Origin: Ylistrum balloti
Taxonomy: Eukaryota
Assembly: GCF_031769215.1 (NCBI RefSeq)
Contig: NW_026782241.1
Location: 124,001 to 188,000 of the forward strand
Length of the DNA: 64,000 bases
Direction of reading: 5' to 3'
The first letter of the stretch is position 1, and each line of letters starts with the position of its first letter. The translations under genes and the position numbers were made by a program. A model generated the notes under the pieces. It was not told where the DNA came from. It made no database searches and was given only the letters and a program-made list of their open reading frames with translations. Shown one piece after another: positions 14,626 through 28,941 of the stretch.

Positions 14626-16815
14626 AAAGGAGTGTTATACCCATTTCAAGATTTCAAGTACATTGTTGTCTGTTATCTGTCTTTACTAGCTCGATAGAAG
14701 TTCGATTTTATTAATGATGTAACATTTTCTGTTCCTTTCAACTTCCTTCCCTCCTTCTCCCTCCCCCTTCCTCCCCTATCCCTCCCCATCTGCCGATCCT
14801 CGAACTCTACCAGAACCTATAACAGTGATCACTCTGTTTTCATCGCTTCCATCTCAATCTATATAAGATATATAAAACATTGTCAAAGTCTAGGCGTAAG
14901 AAGCTCGACATCCACTGAATACTACAACAATAACATCTTATAATCACGTCTGTTACGATACATCTCATTGTAAACATTTTTAAATTATAAAGTAAACATA
15001 TAAGAAAATGTAAATACACTTACCCCCTGCTGAACGTAATAGACAATTAAATCCACGAAATAGTTCACACACAGCCCGTGTAGTACCAATAACAGACATG
15101 CGGGCTTTTTTCTCGCTGTAGCTATTATACTCGGAGTGTATAGCCCTTTAAAACATTAAACAATGCAGATAATTTCATTTTAAACGCTCCTACTGGCACA
15201 GTGGTATCCCACACATAACTTCCACAATGAGTATCAGAAAGATCAAGTTCTCCCTTATTTCCGTTTTAATGAGGCAAAAGACAGGGTTTTTTGTTGTTGT
15301 CTTAATTTTTGTACACAGACAATAATCCGGACGAATTGAAACCACGTTGAAGCATTTCCATATACAATAAAAAACAGACTACTAACTATTTTCATTGATA
15401 TTGATGGTAAATATTAGCAGTAGGTATATAAGAGTAGCGGTCATGGTTGAGTGATAACGGCTGTGTATCACATATCTAGTGTATTGAACGGGTGCATCTA
15501 CCCGTGTAGAGGAATTTTCACCTGTTAGCGGTCCATGATCGACAAATGACCTGGCCAATAGATAGCCGAGGACAAATACGTAAGAGGAGGTGTCACGCGA
15601 CAGTGTGCCCCGTAGGTAGGAGCATAATGGAAAGAGATATAGGAGTAGGGCAAAGGGGAGGGGCACTAGGTCAAATGGTAAAACAGGTAGATGAAAAATA
15701 AATTACAGCTTTGTAGCTTGTGGGGAGCATAGTGAGTAGACTTTTTATGAAGGAGGGGAACAATTAAAGTTACAGGGTAAGTTATGATAAAGCCTACTAA
15801 GCATTTTACCATCATGTAGTATAATTACGGAAAAAAGGAGAAATGTCAAGTCAGTAAGCGAGTTATTTCCCTTTCTAAGATAAAATGAGATACCTTTGGT
15901 CCCCTAATTCTTCACCATAACTAAAAAAGGACAAAGTTTCAATGGTCAAATACGTGTGAGGTCTAGCAGTCAACATGATCAGTCTATATCTGTTCGTTAG
16001 CGATACAGAATATTTTTCATTTTTTATGCTTAAATCGCAGATATATACACAAAGGATATTAAAGGAGGTTGTGAGAGATGGCCATGAAAAAATATCTATC
16101 GATGACCTGCAGTTTCATGGGCCTGGGCGGTATAACACGCAGCATCGGTCATTTCAACAGATGATAAATAGAAATAAATTGGTTCACTAGATTAACACGT
16201 CGACAACCGTGAGTATTTGGCCATACATGTCGATATCGGTCCCTTTGATCCCCGGTCACCTGAGATATCACATGTGTTATACAAATATTTGGTCTAAATG
16301 CAAGTCTAAAAGTGACGTTTACGATTTCCGAATCTGATCAACACATAAACAGGCCTTACTCTTAAGGTCGTTCACGGGTCCACCAGTGATGAGGGTGCTG
16401 GGGATGGCGGGTAACCAGTTTGGGGCAAAAAGGCCAAAACTGTCTCTTGTGAGGACGAAAATAGAGGAATAACCCAAAGAGGAGCGGTGCACCATGGGAA
16501 GGGGTAAAGGAATGAGTTGGGACTGAAGAGGGCATAAAGAAAGGGACGGTCCGCTCGGAAGGTTGAAAAGGCGATTAACTGACTGAAGGATGAACTAATA
16601 AATGATGACATGACTGAAAATTAGTCTACAACTTGTTTTACATGTACTAAATCATTTATCCTCTATAAATAAAGAATCTGTCATTATTATTAAAGGATGC
16701 TATAAGGGAGACCGCAAAGAAAAAAGGGGGCCATTAGGAATGGCGTAACTTATGGAATGGGTGGTCACTGGTAAGGTGGCTAAGAAAGTGTGATCAATAG
16801 GGGAATTCAAAGGAA

Positions 16816-17012
16816 ATGGCGAGACTGGAGGAGTGCGAGAAGGAAAAGGCGGGACTGGAGGAGCGCGAGAAGGGAATGCGAGACTGGAGGAGAGCGGAAA
16901 AGACGAGACTGGGGAATGCGAGACTGGAGGAGTACGAGAAGGGAAAGGTGAGATTGGATGAGTACGAGAAGGAAGATGCACCGGAGGAGTTCGAGAAGGG
17001 ATATGCGAGACT
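16816..17012 (+). repeat. Degenerate 30-bp purine-rich repeat (GCGAGACTGGAGGAGTRCGAGAAGGRAAAG), about 7 units
   Basis: Direct reading. Confidence 0.75.
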
Positions 17013-20000
17013 TTAGGTGTGCGCAAAGAAGATAACAACCACTGGGAATATCGACAAGGAAGGGACAACAACAGGGGAAGGCGTTAAGGAAGGGGATGGA
17101 CTAATAAGGGCAGAGGAGGGCGACCATTGGGACGGTGTAAAAGAAATAAGTGGACACGTGTGTGTGTGGGGTGGGGGGGGGGAGAATACTGTGAAAGGAC
17201 AGGTGACCGCCGAAGACGACGCAAAGGCAGGGGTGATCATTAGGGAGTGGGGGAGGCGAAAAGGAAATGGGGGTACAAAACACGAAGAGGAGGGAGAGAT
17301 CATTAAAGGGAGGGAAAGGAAGAGACGGTCTCAGGAGGGGACAACGAGAAGGATGCCTGCCTGGGTGACACGGGAAATCTCTGGCGATGTTGTTTACTTT
17401 TCTGTTCATGGAAAAGTTATTTGCATTCTATATTTATTCTTGTATATGAGCCTGACGCCTTTCTGCTGTTGTTACTTATCACGATTTTTGTCATTTCTGG
17501 ATATCTCTAATAATAGGTTTGTTGTGATCATACCTCTTCAAAGCTCATGTTTGTTTCTACATATATAAATCAAAATATTTTTTCTAGTGTGTGCTAGAAA
17601 CTTTGTAACAATATTTCAAACACTGAACAAATTAATGCGACACGCGCTCACAATACACCCTTATATTTACATCCTGAAACCATCCACTGTGTTGTCGAGG
17701 GTACATAAGTATATAAAGGTATCACATAGAGAAATTCACTCTAGCGTAATTCATTTATGCAGAGCATGCACAATTTTACACGAGTTCAGATCACATGACC
17801 CATTATGGTTTATTACGGTTTCGGTAGAATAACTGCGAGGCGTGTGTGTAGGAATGTATGTTTGTCAAAAGGAGGAGAATTATCTCGTCTATATATTCAT
17901 TAGAGAAAAACGACTTTGGAAGAAATGTTGTTATGATGGAATGGGGATCCGAAAGCGATGTCGCACCCTCCCCTCAATGAATTCGAGTTAATTTACTTAC
18001 CGTTAAACAACCTTCTGGAGTAATCCACACTTCAAAATGTTCCACAGATGGCCAAACATCCACAGTGAAAAGTTGTGTTGTTGGTTTGAGCAGGGGTATA
18101 CTTTTCCATAACGAATAAATCCTACAGAAACATGCGAAAATCAAGCACAGCTCCCACATACAAAGTGTAATTCCATAGAATTGTCTAACTCCTCGTCCAT
18201 CTTCCAATCTCTCTAAGACAAGTATGTACAGATCAGATAGTCATTAATCCGATACAGCTTCATATATCAGAAACACACGTATCTAACAGGTATTATATCT
18301 AATAGTTATGTAGCCCAGGTGTTTAAATATCTACTGCAGTAGTATTGTCTAGCACCATAAATTCATTCCACCAGGGCTAATTAAACCACCACAGACCTAC
18401 AGATAGCGACACATTCGGACATGCACCGTTCACCAGAACGTCTACAATATCGTTCCGTTTCCTTATTTTTGTTACACGCTGTGAACATTAATCAGAGAAT
18501 TAAAGGGCGGTGACCTATCGAAGCGTTGTCAGCTTACAACCTACATACCTAACATGTGGACACTTTTATACATATATAGGAGTAAACTCAAATCGCCTTA
18601 TACAGACGGCGCTCGTCCGAGAAAGCACTGTCATCTCAAATTATAGCAAGTATGAGAAAATGCATTATGTGCAGTTATAGCATTCGAATGAGGTCAACAC
18701 ATTGATTTATCAACCTAGGACATTATCATGTTAACCGAGACGACGGTATCACAGAGACTAGACCATAGAAGTATATTATGACAATAATTGGTTGGACCAG
18801 TTCATTTGAAGCAGTATCATCTTGTAAAGACCGATTACTCTGGGTCTAGAATAACATCAGATGTGTAGGTGTTTGCCATTTCATCTTTTTTATAAAAGGC
18901 AATCGACTCGGTCTAAGATCTAAACAAGTTATATATCTGTTCTTCTTTATTAAACAAATTAAAAATTTGCTTCCAATTCATAAACAGTTCGTCGACATAA
19001 AACTATGTACTACAATTTTTCACTCAACGTCGTGCTTCAGATCGCTCTAAGTTTGAAGTTCAGCGAAGTTATTCTTACATAACTTGCTTCAAGTAGAGGT
19101 CGTTCATATTTATTACAATTTGATTTGCAATAATATGTGTCTATTTACCGAGTGGAGGTAGAATGGTGACCAGTATGATCTTGAATTTATCTGCTTTTTG
19201 TTCTGTGTTAGCCAGTCAATATTTGCTCCACTCTAGCTAGAGGGCTAATGTCGTGTCTATCCTCAAATTTCACAATAGAACCGGATTAACCATATTTAAA
19301 TGACTTGTGATTTGGAAACAGTAGCTAAATTTAAAGGGATACTTTATTTGAACGATTCAAGACAATATGTATTATTAAAGATCTTTTCTAACATCAATGA
19401 CTAAACATAACGCACTGTATCGACTAGAGACAGGAGGATATCACGTTGGAATAGGGGTGTTAACTAGTGGCGTTGTGGTGATTTAAATATTATAGTAATT
19501 GAAAAAAATCTATTTTAAAAAATATGTATCTAAAGGACTTATAATCAACTGTATGACCTGGAACATTTATCTATACAATGTCTATCCCAGATATAAGTAA
19601 TTTTCTTTGACCGACTTTTTGTCCTCGCGCCACGAATAACAAAAGTAAAGTTGGTAATTAATTAAAGGAAACAGTAATGTACCAGTAATTCCCTTAAAAA
19701 AACTCCAGTACAAAACGGCATGGAAATATATGTAAAAAGTGAAGTGACTTAATACTTCAACTCTCTGGTAAGTATTTTTCCCTGTTTCAAATATGTTTTT
19801 TTTTAAATTATCATACTGGTGATAATAATGAGAGTTCTGTTATTTTTCAAAATATTTTCGTCCATTTAAAATACAACTCGTGATAGTGTGCTTCCCTTGT
19901 TGTATAGACTGGTATATTGGCTTTATCTTAGCTATGTTGAAATAATTTAGAAATTCTGATCTGTCTTCAATGTTAATGGTATTTCAGGCGATGTTATGTA

Positions 20001-20229
20001 TTGGGAGTCTACATGGTGGTAGATTTCGTGACGTATCAAACGAATATACATCAAACCATACGAGGTGGTGTCAACTGTAGCTACCACCAATAGGGTAGCT
20101 CTTCAACACCTTATATAGGTCACTGTGACCTAAATTTTCCGATCCAATCGATTTTTTAGGTTGGGTAGTGAGTTTCCAATGCAATCTTAAACAGCGAAAC
20201 CTGATCTGAATATAAAATGCATTACCATT

Positions 20230-21058
20230 ATAAGAAAAGATATCACAGAGGGACCATTGTTTGATCTTTATTTGTCATTTGAAAGTTCCCCCTTCTTTTC
20301 TCTGCTTTCCATTGCTTTTGCTCTTAATCATACGGAATTTGAACATTTCTCTAATGAAATAGCGATAACAAACTTTCTTTGCAAAAATCCAAGATGGCCG
20401 CCTGTTTGTCATTTTTTTTCCTTATCTGTCCCGAAATCAAACGGGTAATAGGGATCAAGTAGAACCAATATCTTAAATTCAAGAAAGGTTCATCTCATCC
20501 AGTGCTTCTCAAGAAATGGCGAGAACCAACTTTGATTGTAAAAATTCAAGATGGCAGCCTGTCGGCCTTTTTGCTTTTCTGATCAGTTCGAAAATCAAAC
20601 ACGCGCGTCTAGGGACAAAGTTAAACGTACAAATGAAATTTGAGAAAGATCCATCCAGTAAGTCTCACGAGATAGTATAACAAACTTTCATTGTCAAAAT
20701 CCAAGATTGCACCGGTGGTCAATTTTGATTTTCTGATCAGTATCAAAATTAAATGGGCACAACCAGGGACTATGGGGAATCTAAGTAGAAAATTTGAGAA
20801 AAACCATCTGGTCCTTCTAAAGAGATTGCGATGGCAAGTTTTTTTTCTTCAAAATCGAAGACGGCCTACTGGCGGCCATTTTGTTTTGTTTCTCTTTATC
20901 AATCCCAAAATCCGACAAACGTGCTCATCTAGGGACCAAGGAGAAAGATCCAAGCAGTACTTCACACTTCTAGCAATAACCAAAACTGTTAATGGCCAGA
21001 TGGATGACTGACCCTGATTTGAATAGCCTACTATCTAATGAAGGTGGGCTAAAAACAC
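20230..21058 (+). mobile_element. Non-autonomous Helentron-associated (HINE-like) element with four internal units of about 155-160 bp
   Basis: AAAAT(C/T)CAAGATGGC-type motif recurs at about 20382, 20541, 20695 and 20850. The element ends in a hairpin, ATAGCCCTAC...GTGGGCTAAAAA, like bivalve HINE termini. The left boundary is uncertain. Confidence 0.55.
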
Positions 21059-21477
21059 AAACAAAAAAAACCATGAACAATGAAATTGTCAATTTTATTT
21101 GTCAGTGCAAATACATTTCTCTTTATTAACATAGCACAATCAATCATATTATAAATGACCTAGCAATAATCATCTTGATCATGATACACTACAACACAAT
21201 AATAGTAGATAATCATCGATACAGGCAAGCTCTACAACACTTGTCTAACATGAAAGACTGTTGAACATGATCAGATGAATTCACTTATCTCTCAGCAAAA
21301 AATAATCATTGTTTTCTCATCTGGTTAACACCACACTTTGGCGAGATTCTGGCGAGATTATGATAACTGACTTATCAAAATTAGCAAAGAAGTCTACAAA
21401 TTATGTATATTTGCTAAAAATTAACACAAGAAGTGACAATCTTACATCATGCATGTAAGTGATAACTGCAAAGACAG

Positions 21478-22314
21478 ATGTACATATCATATTTAACCAA
21501 TAAGGATATGAAACCTAACAATTCCGAGGTTTCATTCACAAAGATAGACATACATGTCATATTTAACCAATAAGGATATGAAACCTAACAATTCCCAGGT
21601 TTCATTCACAAAGACAGACATACATGTCATATTTAACCAATAAGGATATGAAACCTAACAATTCCGAGGTTTCATTCACAAAGATAGACATACATGTCAT
21701 ATTTAACCAATAAGGATATAAAAACCTAACAATTCCGAGGTTTCATTCACAAAGATAGACATACATGTCATATTTAACCAATAAGGATCTGAAACCTAAC
21801 AATTCCGAGGTTTCATTCACAAAGATAGACATACATGTCATATTTAACCAATAAGGATATGAAACCTAACAATTCCCAGGTTTCATTCACAAAGATAGAC
21901 ATACATGTCATATTTAACCAATAAGGATATAAAAACCTAACAATTCCGAGGTTTCATTCACAAAGATAGACATACATGTCATATTTAACCAATAAGGATA
22001 TGAAACCTAACAATTCCGAGGTTTCATTCACAAAGATAGACATACATGTCATATTTAACCAATAAGGATATGAAACCTAACAATTCTGAGGTTTCATTCA
22101 CAAAGATAGACATACATGTCATATTTAACCAATAAGGATATGAAACCTAACAATTCTGAGGTTTCATTCACAAAGATAGACATACATGTAATATTTAACC
22201 AATAAGGATATGAAACCTAACAATTCTGAGGTTTCATTCACAAAGATAGACATACATGTCATATTTAACCAATAAGGATATGAAACCTAACAATTCGGAA
22301 GTTTCATTCACAAG
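21478..22314. repeat. 70-bp tandem repeat, 12 copies, most with a 9-bp inverted repeat (ATGAAACCT-N10-AGGTTTCAT)
   Basis: CATATTTAACC recurs every 70-71 bp from 21488 to 22260. Confidence 0.95.
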
Positions 22315-23020
22315 AATTGAAAAGCTCAGGGAGGTACATAACCTCACATGTTGGAACAAATGAGAGTCAAAGGAAATTCAACTGAAAACAAGGGTTAAAA
22401 TCACAGCTGAGCCATTGAAATAAATAATGACGTGTGTTACATGTATAGCAGATAAAGAGATGACACACCCAAGTAGTTTTCTCTGAAAAAAGGAAATGAA
22501 AATGTCATAGCTGACATTATAAATTGATGCTTTAGTTATTTTGTTTCTCATGTGAGGTTGGCTCAAACATTCAAAAGGATTGTGACTTTGTGTGAGGCAG
22601 TTCTCACATCGTTCTGGTGTAGTACGATAAAGTGAAGCCCATGGTAAAGCGAACAGCAGTTCACTTCACCATGCTTCACAATACCATGCCACACCAGCTT
22701 TCCTAAAAGGTCAGTCCTCAGGTCTATATGGATGTTACCTTGTGAGAATCTGCTCTCAGTTATTGATTTATAATCTTCTAAGAAGTCAGTCTACAGACCT
22801 TGAGAATACAACTGTCTAAAACCAAAATAATTGGTATTGCCAACTCGCAGCAAAACATTTATGAAGATATATAAGTTCTATTATGAAAATTGAAATTGCC
22901 ATACATAAAATGTTTGTACTTCTTTGATAAGATAATGATAATCAATGAAGTGATATTTTGTCAAATAAATAAAATTGATGCAGCACCAAACATATAAAAG
23001 CTACATATAAATAGTGTTAT

Positions 23021-24140
23021 CAGGATCAACCAAACCTGACTTAATCCCTTCTTCTTTTTTGTCTCCATCATTCTTCTATATCATCCAGACCACACCATTC
23101 TCAGACACCTGGTGTGACACCTTATCTTGGTCTGACCTCTCAACCACACCATTCTCAGACACCTGGTGTGGCACCATATCTTAGTCTGACCTCTCAACCA
23201 CACCATTCTCAGGCACCTGGTGTGGCACCATATCTTAGTCTGACCTCTCAACCACACCATTCTCAGGCACCTGGCGTGGCAACTTATCTTGGTCTAACCT
23301 CTTGTCCACACCATACTCTGACACCTGGCGTGGCAACTTATCTTGGTCTTTTCTGTGTAACCTCTCAACCAAACAATTCTCACACACTTGGCGTGGTGCC
23401 TTATCTTAGTTTAACCTCTCATCCACATCATTCTCACACACCTGGTGTGGCACCTTATCTTGGTCTAACCTCTTGTTCACATCATTCTCAGACACCTGCC
23501 ATTGCACCTTATCTTGGTCTAACCTCTTGTCCACACCATACTCAGACACCTGGCGTGGCAACTTTTCTTGGTCTTTTCTGTGTAACCTCTCAACCACACA
23601 ATTCTCACACACTTGGCGTGGTGCCTTATCTTTGTCTAACCTCTCGGTCACACCATTCTCAGACACCTGCCATTGCACCTTATCTTGGTCTAACCTCTTG
23701 TCCACATCATTCTCAGACACCTGCCATTGCACCTTATCTTGGTCTAACCTCTTGTCCACACCATTCTCAGACACCTGGCGTGGCAACTTATCTTGGTCTA
23801 ACCTCTTGTCCACACCATACTCAGACAACTGGCATGGAAACTTATCTTGGTCTTTTCTGTCTAACCTCTCTACCACACAATTCTCACAGGATCAACCAAA
23901 CCTAACTTAATCCCTTCTTCTTTTTTGTGTCTATCATCATATCACCCCGACCACACCATTCTCAGACACCTGGTGTGACACCTTATCTTAGTCTAACCTC
24001 TAGGTCACATCATTCTCACACACCTGCCATGGCACCTTATGTTGATCTAACCTCTCGTCCACTTGGTCTAACCTCTCAGCTACACCATTCTCAGACACAT
24101 GGTGTGGCACCTTATCTTGGTCTAACCTCTCAACCAAACA
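23021..24140. repeat. 54-bp tandem repeat (ACCACACCATTCTCAGACACCTGGTGTGGCACCTTATCTTGGTCTAACCTCTCA) with +9-bp variants and a duplicated leader at 23021 and 23887
   Basis: Direct reading. Confidence 0.9.
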
Positions 24141-26689
24141 AATATCGAACCCCTGTCACTAAGTTCTCTTGGTCTTCACATTTAACATTGCACTGAATGA
24201 TGGCAAGTCAAACACAAACTATCTTCTACAATAAAATTGCACTGCATGAAAAGTGATCTCCTGTGGAATTTATACAAGCACAGTAAATAATTGTATCAAA
24301 ATTATGCACAAAGTATCAATAAGTCATACTTCCTTATTGATAAAAAACTTAAATTGTCCAACAAGTAAATGTACGGAGTGTAAAATTAGATCGACATGGA
24401 TAACAAGAGTAAACTTGATTGATGACTACTATCAGTAAAATTAATACTGTCAGTATCACTTCTACAAAGGGATTATACAATGGAATTCTGATCACTCAGT
24501 CTACTGCAATATTAATATGATGTAAATCAAAAATATCACTAAAGAATCTTACAAACATAAAGAAACGAAGAAATTATCATAATTTTCAGCTGATAAAACA
24601 ATATCACATATAAAACATTATCAGTAACTTATTTTCCAACTTGTTTTCAAAAACACAATAAAGTAAAATTTTAATGAATTTTCTTTAAAACCATCCATCA
24701 GGATAATATGATTTACAAGAAAGAACTTCCCACAAATTCCTGGAATGTACAAAGTATCTCATTAACACATACAAACTGATGTCCAGTGTCAGTTACATTA
24801 CGAATCTACCAACAGAGACCCTTAAGATACTCCATCACAACACTATATAGAGTCAGGTGATTTTTACAGCAAGGAAAATACCAAGTCATACTTCTGACAA
24901 TATTTATCACTAATCTTTAAAATAAAAGTAAGCCTGACTATTTCAAACTTCAATGCAAGAGACCATATTGATATATTTCAAACTTCAATGCAAGAAACTA
25001 TATCAATATATTATCATAAAAAACCCGATTTGTGCACATACCTTTTGGGGTTGAAATGCTGATAACTGCTTCTACTTGCATAATCCAAAACATCATAATG
25101 CTATGCCTTGCACTGAATATTATAGTACATAATTCTATAATACTCCCCTTGGTATGTGTAAAATACCCAGACAATGACTGATTGAAAACAAAACTTTGAT
25201 AGTTTTCAGGTCATTAGTACTAATAAAGTCAGATGTGCCATTACGGAACAAAGTGTAACATAATTCAAAATCAAGTCAATTATGTAAGCATTACAGGTTA
25301 AACAACAACCAAAAAAAATCATACTGGAAAGCATTGTCATAAAGCAAAACTTTGGATCAGTTTTCTCGTAAAAACGGAGAAACATGTCACTTCCAACTAT
25401 GAGTTAATGTGATGATAGAGCAAAAACATTAAGCAGATAGATTTTGTAGTAACTAAAATATTAGCATCAAAAGATAAATACACAAAAATCTTGTAACAAA
25501 TCCTCAAAGCAAGTCTGTCAAATTTATGTTGATAATTTCAGACTTTTATGGTTATCCTAAAATAAAACATTTATCTAAAGTACAAGTAGCTATATAAGAA
25601 AACCTCATAGAAGATCTTAAGTCATTACCCTTCTCTAGGTATTACAAAAAACATCACACTCAGCATGCATTTCCTACCGTGAACATTTCTAATTTCATCC
25701 TTTCTTTAAAACATTAATATTATTGTTCCTTTAAAATCTCATAATTTCTGAAAATTCTCTCAATCTTTTAAATTTCTATGAAAAAATACAGCAAGAAGAA
25801 CACTGCATACAAAACGTTGCAAAAATAAAATCATGCTCTAAATATGTTTTATTCATTTTTTTATCAAATGGCGTTCTGTATTAGTCTGCTTAGTGATCAG
25901 AAGTACACACATACAACCAGGCGACCACTATTAATGACAACAAACTAACCACCAGTAAATGCAACCTACTGGCTATTTACCAACAGCTGTACCATATTTA
26001 TTCAACAAAAAGCCCATGTTTGATAGTAACCCCCACCAATTTATATTGCCGTTCGGTAAAATGACCAACTATTTCAGTGTTCTGTACTGTCCAAGTGAAG
26101 ACTTTGACTAAGAATTTATATTAATAAGCTTAAAGTAGGATATTGTAAGCCAAGCCAAGAACCACAACTACATACAACCAAGCGACAACAAGCAGACATG
26201 TAATTTGTTCACCAATTTTACAAATCTTGTTAATCAGCTGTATATTAATAACAATATACATTCTACAAGGCAATAATACATATAAAACATCACACAGTAA
26301 ACTGCACTCCTACACAAAATTATATTCACAAAGAAAATTACAGAATGCCTTTGATAACATCAAATTAAAAAACATTTGAAATATTAACGTATAGTATTAC
26401 AGTATATCATCACAAGTATAGATAACTAGTATACTTTACTATCATGTACAATGTAGAGTTGAAAATATCTATTTATAAAATAGACATCTAGAAAATCATT
26501 TAAATTGAAACAATCACAGAAGAATAGTTGATTTAATTGATGGAATTCAAATATATCATCCTAGTCAAACTCTCATCACAGTCGAAAAATATTTCTTCTG
26601 TTGATATCAGGAACCAGTATAACAATCAGTATTCCTAAAGAGATAAGGGGTCTGCAACATGATGATGGTGTTACTAAAACAGGTTAACT

Positions 26690-26905
26690 GTTTAATGATG
26701 ACTAAGGTTAACTAATAATTATCTGGCATACAACGTATAACTAATCATTAACTGGTGTACAATTGGTTAACTAATAATTAACTGGTGTACAACAGGTTAA
26801 CTAATTATTAACTAGTGTACAACAGGTTAACTAATAATTAACTGGTGTACAACAGGTTAACTAATAACTAACTGGTGTACAACTGGTTAACTAATAATTA
26901 ACTAT
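26690..26905. repeat. 30-bp tandem repeat (ACTAATAATTAACTGGTGTACAACAGGTTA), about 6-7 copies
   Basis: Direct reading. Confidence 0.88.
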
Positions 26906-27839
26906 TGACTGACTTACCTATCAAATTTCGAGTGTCTGTTTGAAGTGTTATTGATTCCATTTGCTTTCAATAAAGAATCCTTCAGACTTGGTTTAGATGA
27001 CATAAAATAATTTTCATATTTTATGCATGTGTATATGAAAATTTTTTATCATATTATGATTATGATAAAAAATGAATTTTTAATATTGTTTAGGCACCTT
27101 CTCTTTCATTCCTTTCCTCTGTCTTTTCTTACCTACAACTGTCTCTAAAAACAGTAAAAACCACTTCTCTCTCTGTCCTTTCCTCAGTAAAAACCACAAT
27201 GTTTTCAACTCTTGAAATAATTTTTCTGCTTTGCTTTATTTACATATATAAAAGTATATGCTATTTGGTATTAAGATAACGGAAGCTTTTAGTATTTTAA
27301 ACGGATGAAAAAAAATACAGTTTCAACTTCCCAAGCATGCAGTAGACTTCCCAAAATCCCAAGAGGAAAATTTGACACTCCTGCCAAAACAAATATGACT
27401 GAGTTTGACATGAATGTTAGTATCAACTTTTGTTCCAGATATCTATTGTTCTATATCACATGTATTTAGTATGTAGATCTAAATCAACTCTTACAAAATG
27501 CTAATTGATACTATATGTATCATGAAAGAATACATTTTAAATACACTTAATAGTAGCAATGGCAACACTGATAAACAGTGTACAAAAGGGACAAAATATT
27601 ACATTAAGAAAAAAAATCAAGATGGTCATTAAAATAATTTTTTCCACCAGAAAAAATATGGAAATACCACAATGCAAAATGCATTACAATGGTGATGACA
27701 TGGACATTGACAAAGACAGACCTTAGTGTATGGATTGTCTCCCCTCTCACCGTAGCCAACAGTCCCACGTATATCAAAAGTGAGATTACATTGAGATTTT
27801 AACACTTCATCATCTAACTAAAACATCATAAAATGAGAA

Positions 27840-28145
27840 AACTCTCGGGACAGTGGACAATTTGAAATAATTAATTGTAGTACACAATTATCTGATAACG
27901 ATTAAAATCCTCAGGAAAGTGGACAATTAAAAATATGATTAATTCTGGTGGTACAAAATATCTGATATCAGACGTTTGAAAATTATCAAAACCCCTAGGA
28001 CAGCGGACAATTAAAAATATTATCAACAGTGGTAAAAAATATCCGATATTAGATATTTGAAAACTATTAAAACCCTTGGGACAGTGGACATTTCAAAATA
28101 TAATTGTGGTAAAAATATCTGATATCAGACATTTGAAAACTATTA
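27840..28145. repeat. Degenerate repeat with core GGACAGTGGACAATT...ATATCTGATA, about 4 copies
   Basis: Direct reading. Confidence 0.65.
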
Positions 28146-28569
28146 AAACAATCACATTTAGATTTAAGAAAATAACCTACCACCTTTAAAATTTACTTTC
28201 CACTTTAGGACTGAATATGTTTAAAATAAGGCATAAGAATAGCAAACTCTAGCAAAAATTGTTCATTTGAGTGTACTCTTTAAAAGTCTGTAACCATGAA
28301 ATTCAACCAATCAAATTTGTTGTAAAGTTAAAAAACATTTCACTACAAATCGAATCAGATAAGAAAATATTGCTTTGGTGTGAAATGATATGCATTATAT
28401 TGCGAGCCTTACCTAGAAACCATGTTTAGAATCTAACACGGTACAAAATACATTTAACAAAATAAGCAGCATTATGCTCTAAGCGAGAAATTCACACTGA
28501 AACAAGCACTAATCACAACATCATGTTTTCAGACCTTTTCCTGTTGTGAACTCTTCCAACATCAATGTC

Positions 28570-28941
28570 TTAGTTTGGGAAAAGTGCCTCCCCATTAGGG
28601 CCAGGGATAAACACCCCAGCTTTTGTAGCTGTATATAATGACAGCACAGTCGCACCTAAGAAGATGACTGTCCCTGCAAGGGCTTTCAAGTATGACTTCC
28701 AAGTGGGACTGAAGTAACCAGGGGCAATGGTTGCCAGGAAGGCTGAGCAGACAGTTAGTGAATACACAATGGACACAGAGGTGTTGATGGCTACTATCTG
28801 GCCAAACTTGGAAAAAGGCTTGATGATCGTCTGGGTTAAGGGGACAGCAGCCACAATAGTGGTTAGTGCACTTGACAAGATGGACACCCCAATGTGTGTT
28901 ATAGCTGCCTTTGTTCTCCAGCGTCGGGCAGAGGAAGCAGA
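28570..28941 (-). CDS. DISP3: DISP3 coding exon 15 (last; TAA at 28572-28570)
   Basis: ttttctcatcag|TCT GCT; RRWRTKAAITHIGVSILSSALTT...PFSKFGQIVAINTSVSIVYSLTV...ALFPN*. Confidence 0.95.
   Translation of the reverse strand, partial: SASSARRWRTKAAITHIGVSILSSALTTIVAAVPLTQTIIKPFSKFGQIVAINTSVSIVYSLTVCSAFLATIAPGYFSPTWKSYLKALAGTVIFLGATVLSLYTATKAGVFIPGPNGEALFPN

Noticed and set aside
12920-14714. Plus-strand ORFs of up to 519 aa (PTSHQTVHVSYLTPNCPCF...)
   Set aside because: Translations of the 28/33-bp minisatellite.
318-24140. Tandem arrays as CRISPR candidates
   Set aside because: Units are contiguous with no unique spacers, there are no cas genes, and the context is eukaryotic.
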